A stretch of 64,000 nt of DNA from Nitrospirales bacterium (GCA_965203295.1 CBDBCZ010000019.1:1664001-1728000); one strand, 5' to 3'; positions 51,956 through 61,214 are shown, counted from the first letter of the stretch. Numbers and translations: made by a program. Notes: generated by a model from the letters alone, not told the origin.

Positions 51956-52861
51956 CTACCAGACTTCCGCCCGAAAGCTCAGAGGCCTAATTCCCATCGA
52001 TTCAAGTCCCCGAATCAAATGGTCTCGAGCTTGACCATTCCCACACATTCGGACATGGTATTTCTGAAGATCAGGAACCCAGTCTTTCAAAGGACCTATA
52101 TCGATCAGCTCTTGCCCGTCTTGAACGGTGGCCTGAATAATTCGCCCTTTAGGGTATTTCCAAGCATCCGGCCATTCTCTTGTAAGCACGGGCACATAAG
52201 AAAAGTTTTGGGGCCAGGTCCTCTCCAACTCCAACAACTCATGGTGTTCTAAAAGTTGTCGCGGATTTCGAACACTCACGACAAGTGTCAAATGTATGCC
52301 AGGATGGTTTGCGGTTTTTCCAAATTGACAGACCTCCATATACTGGATATATGCCAAGAAGGGGGTAATGCCGGTTGAGTAAGCCATTGCGAGCATACGC
52401 CAACTCGGCCACACGTCATCAGACTCCAAAAGAAGATTATTCGCTTCAATCTGATGACTGTTCTCAAAGATCACCAGTTCTTTATTCTTCTCATCAAGGT
52501 TTACGCATACATCGATCGCTCCACCCTCTTCGACAAGTTTGGTCAATTCCTCACTCTGCCACCACGGAGAGGTATCAGTTTTTTCCTTATGAGTGTCGTT
52601 GATGATAGTTTCCAAGACACGATCAGCCGTTAAAGAACAATTTGATCGTGTATACATACGTCGTCGGTACTTTCCGGTTCTGACACCCCATGGCTTGGCA
52701 AGAAACGCATTTCCTGGACGCACTCGATCACGAATTGGGTAAAGCTCTCCCTTCACTTCATAATTTGAGGGAAGCGTTAATTCAATTTTCCTGATTTCTC
52801 CAGGATCAATGGTATGAACATTCGTAACAACGGCTGGCACAAAAATTTCTTTCGATCTCAT
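51956..52861 (-). CDS. Ferredoxin-NAD(P)+ reductase-like flavoprotein
   Basis: RRMYT (RxYS/T), AYSTGITPF, YVPVLTRE, KGRI, VRMCG and terminal AEVW. Confidence 0.75.
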   Translation of the reverse strand: MRSKEIFVPAVVTNVHTIDPGEIRKIELTLPSNYEVKGELYPIRDRVRPGNAFLAKPWGVRTGKYRRRMYTRSNCSLTADRVLETIINDTHKEKTDTSPWWQSEELTKLVEEGGAIDVCVNLDEKNKELVIFENSHQIEANNLLLESDDVWPSWRMLAMAYSTGITPFLAYIQYMEVCQFGKTANHPGIHLTLVVSVRNPRQLLEHHELLELERTWPQNFSYVPVLTREWPDAWKYPKGRIIQATVQDGQELIDIGPLKDWVPDLQKYHVRMCGNGQARDHLIRGLESMGIRPLSFRAEVW

Positions 52862-53326
52862 CGGAGGGTTTCCTTATCTTTGACAACATACGCGTTTCTA
52901 CATATGGGACTTCCACCTCTTAGTTGAAACGGGACCTGTTGGACGGAGATACTCTCAGTTCGTGTCCGACTATGAAAACACCTTATTAGGATTATACAAA
53001 AAAATAGTTGTATGCTCGCACTACTCAATTTTGTGCTTTTTCACTAATGAATATCCTGTATCCTGACTATGCAGCTCTCGACCATCCCTTTCATCCCAGA
53101 GAATCTTAATCATACACAGCAATTTTAGCCCTATCTGATCCCTTGCCTGCCTAGATACTATTCTTTAAAATAGATTCTTTACTTTCTATCGTTGACCTTC
53201 ATGAGGAGGTCGCGGACACTTTATCGGCAAACGACAGGTGCACACAGCAGATACAACGCCTGGGAGTGGGTCTTCTATCAACATGCTCAAGGCTTTTAAG
53301 AATTCCTGGATACTAGGGTTAACTTC

Positions 53327-54403
53327 ATGAAAGAACAAATTGATAATCGTAATATCATTGAGATTGGCCCCCTCGTTTCACCACGGGAAATGAAGAATAG
53401 AGTCCCAATTTCCGTATCAGCGGAAACAGTGGTTCGACAAACACGTCAAGAACTACGCGACATCTTACATGGTCGCGACCGACACCGTCTTCTTGTGATT
53501 GTTGGTCCCTGCTCCATTCACGACCCACAAGCCGCTTACGATTTTGCTGAAAGTTTGAAACGTGTTGCTGATGCCACAAGAGATCACTTACTTATTCTCA
53601 TGCGAACCTATTTTGAAAAGCCTCGAACCACCGTTGGATGGAAGGGACTTATCAATGATCCTCACTTGGACGGATCATGCGATATTGCGGCTGGCTACGA
53701 ACTCGCCCGACAAATCCTTCTTAAAATTAATGATCTCGGTGTTCCGTGTGCGACCGAGCTTCTTGACCCTGTCACCCCACAGTACATCTCCGATCTCATT
53801 AGTTGGACAGCAATTGGGGCTCGAACCACTGAGAGCCAAACCCACAGAGAAATGGCCAGTGGTCTTTCCATGCCAGTTGGTTTTAAAAACGGAACCGATG
53901 GAAGTTGCCAGGTCGCCTTGAACGCTATCGTCGCGGCGCGGCATCCACAGAGTTTTATTGGAATTAATGTTGACGGCATCACGTCTATCATCAAAACCAA
54001 TGGCAACCCTGATCGGCATATTGTCCTACGTGGAGGGGGAGGGAAATCCAACTACGGGCCAGACGACATTGCCCGTGCATTTGCTGGGATGACCAATGAA
54101 GAAATCCGTCGACCTATTATGGTGGATTGCTCTCATGGCAATTCCGAAAAAGACCATACACGACAAAGCGGTGTTGCACGGTCTGTTCTACAACAACTCC
54201 AGGACGGACAGGAGGCCATCATGGGTCTTCTGATGGAAAGCAATCTCAAGCCTGGGAAGCAAGTCTGGCAAAAAGGGAAAGATTTGGAATACGGAGTGTC
54301 CATTACTGATGCATGTATCGGATGGGATGACACAGAAACTTTGCTATTCGAATTAGCAGAAAAACTCGAAAAAACTTCGCGAGAAAAAACCGTTTCACGC
54401 TAA
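53327..54403 (+). CDS. Class I-alpha DAHP synthase (AroF/G/H family)
   Basis: VIVGPCSIHD, YFEKPRTTVGWKGLINDP, IGARTTESQTHREMASGLS, VDCSHGNS and YGVSITDACIGW. Confidence 0.96.
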   Translation: MKEQIDNRNIIEIGPLVSPREMKNRVPISVSAETVVRQTRQELRDILHGRDRHRLLVIVGPCSIHDPQAAYDFAESLKRVADATRDHLLILMRTYFEKPRTTVGWKGLINDPHLDGSCDIAAGYELARQILLKINDLGVPCATELLDPVTPQYISDLISWTAIGARTTESQTHREMASGLSMPVGFKNGTDGSCQVALNAIVAARHPQSFIGINVDGITSIIKTNGNPDRHIVLRGGGGKSNYGPDDIARAFAGMTNEEIRRPIMVDCSHGNSEKDHTRQSGVARSVLQQLQDGQEAIMGLLMESNLKPGKQVWQKGKDLEYGVSITDACIGWDDTETLLFELAEKLEKTSREKTVSR

Positions 54404-54415
54404 CGGGAGGAATGC

Positions 54416-54763
54416 ATGGAAAATCACCAAATCCATACTGACCATACGCATTCACACGGACCAGACTGTGGGCACATCCAACTTCAGCATGATGGGCACA
54501 CAGATTTTCTTCATGATGATCACCTCCATCATCCTCATGACGGTCATATGGATGAACATGTCTTATCTGTATCTGAAAAGAACCCCTCGACTTGTACTCC
54601 AACCCATTCCTGTTCCGGGCATGAGTCCGGACACATCCATGGTCCCAGTTGTGGGCATGAAGCCGTCCCCCACGGAAATCATACGGATTTCTTAGTAGAT
54701 GGGCATCTACACTTTCCTCACCATGCCCACTGCGATGACCACGGAACTGTGGCTCTTTCGTAA
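54416..54763 (+). CDS. His/Cys-rich metal-binding protein with internal duplication
   Basis: Two repeats HxHGPxCGH...HxxHTDFLxDxHLHxPH; GGGAGG RBS. Confidence 0.85.
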   Translation: MENHQIHTDHTHSHGPDCGHIQLQHDGHTDFLHDDHLHHPHDGHMDEHVLSVSEKNPSTCTPTHSCSGHESGHIHGPSCGHEAVPHGNHTDFLVDGHLHFPHHAHCDDHGTVALS

Positions 54764-54915
54764 AAAAGCCTATCTCGTATAAGTTTCTCTACTCTCTTCC
54801 TACCACACCTTAAAGTGGAAAAGGTACAAACTTGCTTTACCTAAAATAACACCAAGGGAAAAATTAAACTTGTTAGGGATCGAACGGAAGGATTTTCGAA
54901 CAACAACTGAAAAGG

Positions 54916-55437
54916 TTATGGCTTAGGAGAAACTTCAGCCATTTCCTGAAACCCAGGCTGGGAACTCGGCAGAGGGTCTTCGTGAGTATGACAACCCAGG
55001 CAATGACAGAGCCGGCGATTCCAAAACCCTGCCCAGGCAATGAGGGACGCTCCAACCACATCAAAGGTGATTTCCCCTAGACTCTCAGGAAAGAACCATA
55101 GGTGGGCTAAGGTCATCAGAAAAAGCCCTGTGGCAGTCAAATACGCCGGTCTGGAATCTCGATGAAGAGGATACGTCGCTAAAAGACCGAATCCAGCTAA
55201 GAGACCGATCACACCAAGAAATATCCATTCAGTGGTTGATGCTAAAAATGCCCCTAACACCATATCCAGTCTTCCCCAAGAATTCGCCGCAATGATCGGA
55301 AGAGCAAGAAGAGCAAAAGGGGTTAAGGCACAATGAACCGCACACACCAAAGATGTGATGGAACCTGCTTTGGAAAGTTTTATTCCGAGCGTACTCATTC
55401 GATCATTGACATTTAGGACAGAAGCCACTGAACTCAA
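54916..55437 (-). CDS. MerC-domain membrane protein
   Basis: SLVCAVHCALTP, TM helices and WNRRLCHCLGCHTH. Confidence 0.8.
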   Translation of the reverse strand: MSSVASVLNVNDRMSTLGIKLSKAGSITSLVCAVHCALTPFALLALPIIAANSWGRLDMVLGAFLASTTEWIFLGVIGLLAGFGLLATYPLHRDSRPAYLTATGLFLMTLAHLWFFPESLGEITFDVVGASLIAWAGFWNRRLCHCLGCHTHEDPLPSSQPGFQEMAEVSPKP

Positions 55438-55828
55438 GGGTGTGGTCAGCTATCGTAAATCGTGTCTCTTTTTCAATTAACGCCTTCAACTTCTTGATGG
55501 GACAGAGGAGAAGGTCCACAATTTTTCCACAACTCTGACATCGGATATGATGATGGTGTGCCCGACCCTGCCGTATTTCATATCGAAATTGCCCTTCTTG
55601 ATGAAGTTCTAACTGAGAAACAAGAGCAAGATCTCTCAACACATTCAAGGTCCGATAGACCGTCACAAGGTCAATGGAAACTTGATCTTTCTTAAGACGC
55701 CCATACAAATCCGAGGCACTCAAGGGCAGTTTAGAGCGTTCCAAAAAGCCCAGGACCGCACGACGAGTTCTCGTAAGCCGACGTCCAGCCGCATGCAACT
55801 TGTCATCAATTCGCCCTTTCACCGACAA
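55403..55828 (-). CDS. Fur-family regulator (Zur-like)
   Basis: RLTRTRRAVL, IDLVTVYRTL, HHHHIRCQSCG and GFCPKC. Confidence 0.92.
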   Translation of the reverse strand: MSVKGRIDDKLHAAGRRLTRTRRAVLGFLERSKLPLSASDLYGRLKKDQVSIDLVTVYRTLNVLRDLALVSQLELHQEGQFRYEIRQGRAHHHHIRCQSCGKIVDLLLCPIKKLKALIEKETRFTIADHTLEFSGFCPKCQ

Positions 55829-55890
55829 GCTCCCTGAAAACTAGAAAAATGGGTCAAAGAAGAAACTTATCCTACAGGATCGAAAATGTT

Positions 55891-55909
55891 ATTGCAACTC
55901 TATTGCAAT
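55891..55909. promoter_or_regulatory. Fur-family box upstream of the regulator
   Basis: ATTGCAACTCTATTGCAAT (TGCAA-N5-TTGCA); a second copy lies at 61310. Confidence 0.7.
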
Positions 55910-56119
55910 TAATCACACCATGATTCGATGAATCAATAGGCATACGTTTTGCCAGCACATGACTTTGAGATAGGGGTAAATGGGGAGGAAATTTAAAGGA
56001 AGACCTCTAGCAGGCTGTTGAAAAACTCAAAGTCCTGGTGTTTTGCGTCTTTTTACCTGACCTCCCGTCTATAGAGAGAAAAGGTTTTTATAAGGGACTC
56101 TTAACGAGGGAAGGCGATC

Positions 56120-56625
56120 ATGAAAAGAGAATCTGCAGTAGAATTTGCCGGTGCCAGCCGTGTGCACATTGGTCTTGGCGTGCAGGACCTTGAGGAGTCG
56201 ATAGAGTTTTACCGTATCTTGTTGGATCAAAAACCAGCAAAGGTTCGAAAAGGATATGCCAAATTTGAAGTGGCCGAGCCATCACTAAATCTGACACTAA
56301 ACCAGGTCAAGCCACCGTTTAACATGCAAAGACACCAAGAGTTTCACTATGGCATTCAAGTTAAGTCAACAGAAGAGGTTTACTTCACGATCAATCGCTT
56401 TTCGACAGCTTGGCTAGAAATGCTACTTGAAGAGGGCGTAACCTGTGTTACGCAGTACAGGAAAAAGTCTGGGTGACTGACCCAGATGGATATAAATGGG
56501 AAGTATTTGTGGTGCTTGAATCAGACAGCGAAGAAAGTCCTAGCACAAAACAGACGGAGTGTTGTACAAATGTTCACGAGAAACACAGTTGCTCTGATCC
56601 CAGACCAGAAACATGTTGCGTATAG
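56120..56625 (+). pseudogene. ArsI/CadI-like VOC (glyoxalase) protein, frameshifted in the vicinal Cys pair
   Basis: SRVHIGL, KGYAKFEVAEPSLNL and HYGIQV; TC-(shift ~56445)-CYAVQEKVWVTDPDG.KWE and a Cys-rich tail to TAG 56625. Confidence 0.85.
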
Positions 56626-56640
56626 GGTCTGGTGAAGGGA

Positions 56641-56770
56641 GTTTCGAGTTTAAAATTTAAAGATTTGAGTTCATCGTTCACAGTTCCGCTTCGCCAGGAT
56701 GAAACCCTGCTCAAATAAAAAAGATTTAACCAAACACACTGGATGCCGGCCTCCAACTTCGGGCATGACT
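56641..56770 (+). repeat. Composite intergenic element copy 4 (short): heptamers + A left end + hairpin D
   Basis: GTTTCGAG TTTAAAA TTTAAAG...TTCACAGTTCCGCT, then GAAACCCTGCTC...GATTTAACCAAA...GGATGCCGGC...GGGCATGAC matching 24699-24767. Confidence 0.8.
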
Positions 56771-56860
56771 ACTTAATTTTCTTGTGCATCGCACGAATGC
56801 CAATTTCCTCTGACAGTATTCATCAATTAAATTCAAGTTTTTACATATAGGTAACTGAAA

Positions 56861-57448
56861 ATGGGCAAGGCCAACGTATCGACTGAAAAAATCTGGGAGC
56901 TTCTCAGTTCCAAACTAAGACAGTTTTTTCGACGTCACGTAAATGAGGAGTCACTGGCCGAAGATTTATTACAGGAAACGTTTATCCGAATTCACAACGG
57001 CATTCACTCTCTAAAGGATGAGGAACGAGCATCATCTTGGGTATTTCAAATAGCCAGAAATACACTGGCCGATCATTTTCGTCAGAAGAAACCTGAAGTC
57101 GAATTTCAGGAAAAAATCGAAATCCCACTGGAAGAGGAAAGTGGAGGAAATTTGAATCATGAAGTTGCGGAGTGGCTTCCAGAAATACTGAAAACTTTGC
57201 CCAAAACATACCGAGAGGCCGTGGAACTCTTTGAGCTACACAAGATCCCACAACAAGAAATCGCCCACCGTCTTGGCTTGTCTCTATCAGGTGCAAAATC
57301 ACGCGTGCAGCGTGGTCGCGAAAAGCTCAAAGACCTTATCCTCCAATGCTGTCACTTAGATTTTGATAGGAGAGGAAATGTTATTGGATACAGGCGGCTG
57401 CCTGACCATTGCGATTGTTGTGTTGATGGTTGCCAGTCTGAACCTTAA
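56861..57448 (+). CDS. sigZ: ECF sigma factor, SigZ-like
   Basis: AEDLLQETF, WVFQIARN, LSLSGAKSRVQRGR and QCCHLDFDRRG. Confidence 0.85.
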   Translation: MGKANVSTEKIWELLSSKLRQFFRRHVNEESLAEDLLQETFIRIHNGIHSLKDEERASSWVFQIARNTLADHFRQKKPEVEFQEKIEIPLEEESGGNLNHEVAEWLPEILKTLPKTYREAVELFELHKIPQQEIAHRLGLSLSGAKSRVQRGREKLKDLILQCCHLDFDRRGNVIGYRRLPDHCDCCVDGCQSEP

Positions 57449-57554
57449 CAGTTTCCCGGCTGTAGCAAGTGAAATGGCGTGGACTTTCGGTTACTCCGGC
57501 ATAGGCCGAGTATCGAGCACAGCTAAGTGTCCCAGAATTTTTCCATCGAGGTCC

Positions 57555-57660
57555 TGACGTGCCCCCGGTGATTGTTCCATCGTGAACGCAGCTTATGCGC
57601 ATTTTGCGATACTCGCTTCTGGGGCTGGTGGTTTATAAACCATCGAGCTTTGCGGACTGG
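57555..57660 (-). mobile_element. Orphan IS3 right end with transposase C-terminus
   Basis: TGACGTGCCCCC inverted match to the IRL at 60209; encodes ...SSMVYKPPAPEASIAKCA*. Confidence 0.8.
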
Positions 57661-57975
57661 CTCGTGCCGCATGCTCGTGCAGGTTCCTTGCTCCCCCCTC
57701 GGGACCCGTTTGTCTTGGTGATCCCCGAGGCGGCTCGCGGGATCGGGCCAGGGTAGCGCGCCAGGACCTCCTTGCTGATCGCAAGGGTGTTCGGTTCGAG
57801 TCCATCTGCAGAGACCTGAGGCTCATCTGTCCAATTGACGAACGCCGACCAAGGCGTAAAGGTCAGAGACCAGCGTTTCGCGAGGGCTTTCATGCAGGAT
57901 GGTCTTTACCCGAGGCGAGGAGAGGCAGCCCGATGCGGAGAGAAGGAGTGCGACGAGAATGACACGAGAAACCAT
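57661..57975 (-). pseudogene. Internally deleted homologue of the 61357 lipoprotein
   Basis: MVSRV...SGCLSSPRVKTILHESPR is joined out of frame to KRWSLTFTP..AFVN...ADG...TLAI. These match IHESPQ and KRWKMLFVPEEVFIN...ADG..TLEI of 61357. Confidence 0.7.
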
Positions 57976-58009
57976 GTTGTCTCGACAGCGACGCACGAAG
58001 GCCTTAGTG

Positions 58010-58444
58010 CTAGAGTCCGATATCGGTCCAGGTAACGCGGCAGTCGAGACCCAGGGACTTCTGCCGTTCTCCAAATGCATCCATGAACAATATCACCTCC
58101 GGATAACTGAGTGGATCCATTCTTTGCTCCCACAGGATGTGAAGCTCACTGCCCTGGGCACCGACGGCATGCATCCGCGGACGTATCTGGATCCAAATGG
58201 GTAATCCAAAGCTTCGCCGGTTGCGAACGACCGCTTTGATTGTGCGCTGCTGATCTACGACGCGAACGGATCTCCAGTCAAGCATCTCATGGACCGTCTC
58301 GGTTGCGGCGTCGAACACTGCGTCGGGCGGTGCCTGACATCGCAGGCCGATATCCATGGCAAAGGCGCTCGCCGGGAAAACGGAGGCCGTGACGGAGCCA
58401 ACCGCCACCATGAGCGCTATTGCGAAAGGTCGAGAGGAGGTCAT
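58010..58444 (-). CDS. Exported hypothetical protein (GC-rich cargo)
   Basis: 144 aa with a signal peptide ending AFA, between IS3 right-end copies. Confidence 0.6.
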   Translation of the reverse strand: MTSSRPFAIALMVAVGSVTASVFPASAFAMDIGLRCQAPPDAVFDAATETVHEMLDWRSVRVVDQQRTIKAVVRNRRSFGLPIWIQIRPRMHAVGAQGSELHILWEQRMDPLSYPEVILFMDAFGERQKSLGLDCRVTWTDIGL

Positions 58445-58525
58445 CTATTCAGGATTCGCATGTGGGCTTCCGAGGTCACCGCACCACGCCATAGCACCCG
58501 ATTGGGATCGGGCCGCATGAACAAC

Positions 58526-58612
58526 TGACCTGCCCCCAGTGATTGATCCATCGTGCATGTAGTTAGGCGCATTGCTCGAACGAAGCACCCTGGTTCTGGC
58601 TCCTTTAGTCCT
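58526..58612 (-). mobile_element. Diverged orphan IS3 right end
   Basis: TGACCTGCCCCCAGTGATTGATCCATCGTG...; degenerate LGLKEPEP for LGYKPPAP. Confidence 0.7.
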
Positions 58613-58704
58613 AAATTATACCAATACCCTACTACCTCCTCAATATTCATACGAGCGGTCCGGCAAAAGCTGCGTCTCAGACAAATTTGTGAATCGAAAG
58701 CCGA

Positions 58705-58725
58705 TGACCAACCCCCAGTGATTAA
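58705..58725 (-). mobile_element. Short IS3 right-end remnant
   Basis: TGACCAACCCCCAGTGATT. Confidence 0.5.
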
Positions 58726-58990
58726 GGCACTGCTCTGTCTTCTTCAAACCTACCCCACACCTTGATCCTATTCCCCTCAACCCTGTATCCCTCTCTCCAT
58801 GACCAAGACCTAAAGTTTCGGGAATCGTTGCGCAAGGATGGCTCCCTAAAGTCTCCAACCAAGTTCCAGCAATAACCGCAGTCCCAACACCACAGCATCT
58901 CCCCTCCAAGCTCTCTCGTTTTTTCACTGTGACAGTTCCAGCAATTCCCCTCTCCAATCCCTTACCTCTTTTGATTTCAGCAGCGACAGC

Positions 58991-60209
58991 TAACATACCC
59001 CCAGTGATTGTTCCATCGTGAATGCAGCTTATGCGCATTTTGAGATAATCGCCTCTGGGGCTGGCGGTTTGTATCCTAAGGCGCTATGAGGACGCTCCTG
59101 ATTATAGTGTTGGCGCCACCCTTCCACGAGCACTTAGGTTTCTCGTAGGGCATAGAAGATTTCTCCGTTCAATAGTTCATCTCGTAGCTTCCCATTAAAA
59201 CTCTCATTGTAGCCATTCTCCCAGGGACTGCCTGGTTCGATAAACAGGGTCCCACCCTCAGTTGCTTGAGCCATTGCCCAACGGCTTTCGCCGTAAACTC
59301 CGGCCCATGATCCGACCGAATATAGTCCGGTCGTCCGTGTTGCAGAAACAACTCCGCCAGACAATGCAGCACATCATCGGCCCGGAGCCTACGAGCCACC
59401 TCAATAGCCAGGCATTCCCGGGTGTATTCATCGATAATGGTGAGCAAGCGTAACGGCCGGCCCTCATGCGTCCGAGTGGCGACGAAATCATACGCCCAGA
59501 CATGATTGCGATGTTGAGGCCGAAGCCGCACACAGGAGTCAGCGTTCATCCACAGACGACCCCGTTTGGGTTGCCTCTGCGGTACCTTCAGGCCCTCCTG
59601 CCGCCAAATTCGCTCGACTCGTTTATGATTCACTTGCCAGCCATCTGCCTGCAACAAGGCCGTGATGCGCCGATAGCCATAGCATCCATACTTTCTGGCC
59701 AGCCGTACAATCGTCCTGGTTAATGCTTCTTCGTCCCCTCGGACGTGAGACTTGTACCGCTGGGTTGATCAGGATTGCCTCAACACCTGACACGTGCGCC
59801 GTTCCGCCACGCCCAAGCGTTGGCCGATTGTGAGGACCGCACGCCGTCATCGGATGGGGCTTAAAAGTTTCCCTCCGCGGCTTCCTTCAAAATCAATTTA
59901 TCCAGGGTCAGATCGGCGACGGCTTGCTTCAACCTGGCGTTTTCGCGCGCCAAATCTTTGAGCCGTTTCGCCTGATCGAGCTTGAGACCGCCATATTCCC
60001 GGCGCCAGCGATAGTAGGTGTGGTCCGTGATGTTCCATTTCCGGCAAATCTCTTGGACCGTCTGTCTTTGCCCCAACAGGACTTCCGCTTCGCGGAGTTT
60101 GTGAATGATTTGTTCAACCGAGTATTTCACACGTGGCATAGTGCCCTCCTCTAAAAATTGGCTAAGCCTGTAACATAGACTTAGGAGTGGTTTATAAAGG
60201 GGCACGTCA
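58991..60209 (-). mobile_element. Decayed IS3-family insertion sequence
   Basis: orfA 59861-60139 (YSVEQII.KLRE, TYYRWRREYGG, RLKDLARENARLK) ends in GGAAACTTTTAA. orfB has YGYRRI, WAYDFV, IIDEYTRE, RSDHGPEF and PWENGYNESFNG, with internal TGA/TAA stops and a frameshift. IRL TGACGTGCCCC; degenerate IRR at 58991. Confidence 0.92.
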
Positions 60210-60329
60210 GGGATCAGAAGTAGCCCTAGAGGTAGCCTACAATAAGTTTAACCCAAAACGCACGAGATGCTGTATAAATCTTAAACATGGATTGATATGG
60301 GGAATAACGTTCCACAAGGCAACCACTGA

Positions 60330-61214
60330 TCAAGGGAAAGAGGCATCCAGATCAGATTGGGAAGAAGCTTGAAGATCAGATCCAATGGGCGCAACTGAAT
60401 TGATAAATTGCTTAATCCATTCCCAATAAGAATCTCCAGCCATTTCAACGAGATCGTTATGTCCAGCACCAGGAGCCGCACGAAATGTCTTAGGAGAAGG
60501 ACAGACCTCAAAGAGTTTGCGACTAAGTTCAATGGGTACGATATCGTCGGCATCCCCATGAATGAACAAGATCGGTGCGATGACATGACGAATCTTGTCG
60601 ATGGAATTAAACGGGTTTCCAGCCAACCACGCTAACCACGAAAGTGACACATGACTGGCCATATCTTTCCCAGAAGAAAAAGGAGTGACTAATATGATGC
60701 CGGCAAATGGCTGATTCTGAGCATTCTCTACTGCCACCGCCGCTCCGATGGATCGTCCGAAAACAATTGTCCGGTCTTTAGGAAATCCGAGCGAAGATTC
60801 CACATAATCCAAAGCCGCCAGAGCATCCAGATACACTCCTTGTTCGCTGGGGGATCCCCCACTTTTTCCATATCCTCGGTAGCTCAAAAGAAACACATTG
60901 GATCCCAGGCTAGCCATCCGTTTGGCATCCCATAACCGATAAGAAGCATTGCCGGCATTGCCATGGAGAAATAGGACGACCCGATCAGTCCCAGGACGTG
61001 GAAGATAAAACGCATGAAGTCTCACCCCATCCGCGGACTCTAAGTGAATTTCTTTGATTGAGGGGTCGACAGATCGGAAATCAACCTGGCTTCCAGGCAA
61101 AGGATGAAAGGCAAAAAAGTTCACCAAACTGTCAGAACATCCAGTTAACACAATCGAAACCAAACCTATAAGGCAAAGAAATCCTGAGTTGCCGTTTAGT
61201 ACAGAAAATCTCAA
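60330..61214 (-). CDS. Alpha/beta hydrolase (ABHD-like), possible lipoprotein
   Basis: LTGC, LHGNAGN, YRGYGKS.G.PSE.G, GRSIG, IHGDADDIVP and GAGHND. Confidence 0.9.
   Translation of the reverse strand: MRFSVLNGNSGFLCLIGLVSIVLTGCSDSLVNFFAFHPLPGSQVDFRSVDPSIKEIHLESADGVRLHAFYLPRPGTDRVVLFLHGNAGNASYRLWDAKRMASLGSNVFLLSYRGYGKSGGSPSEQGVYLDALAALDYVESSLGFPKDRTIVFGRSIGAAVAVENAQNQPFAGIILVTPFSSGKDMASHVSLSWLAWLAGNPFNSIDKIRHVIAPILFIHGDADDIVPIELSRKLFEVCPSPKTFRAAPGAGHNDLVEMAGDSYWEWIKQFINSVAPIGSDLQASSQSDLDASFP

Noticed and set aside
56008..56030. TAGCAGGCTGTTGAAAAACTC, a lone element-B/IS-like end
   Set aside because: No partner end or internal B sequence; too short to annotate as an element.
57788..57812. 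GGTTCGAGTCC tRNA T-loop-like motif
   Set aside because: No cloverleaf or acceptor stem; it lies inside the antisense lipoprotein remnant.
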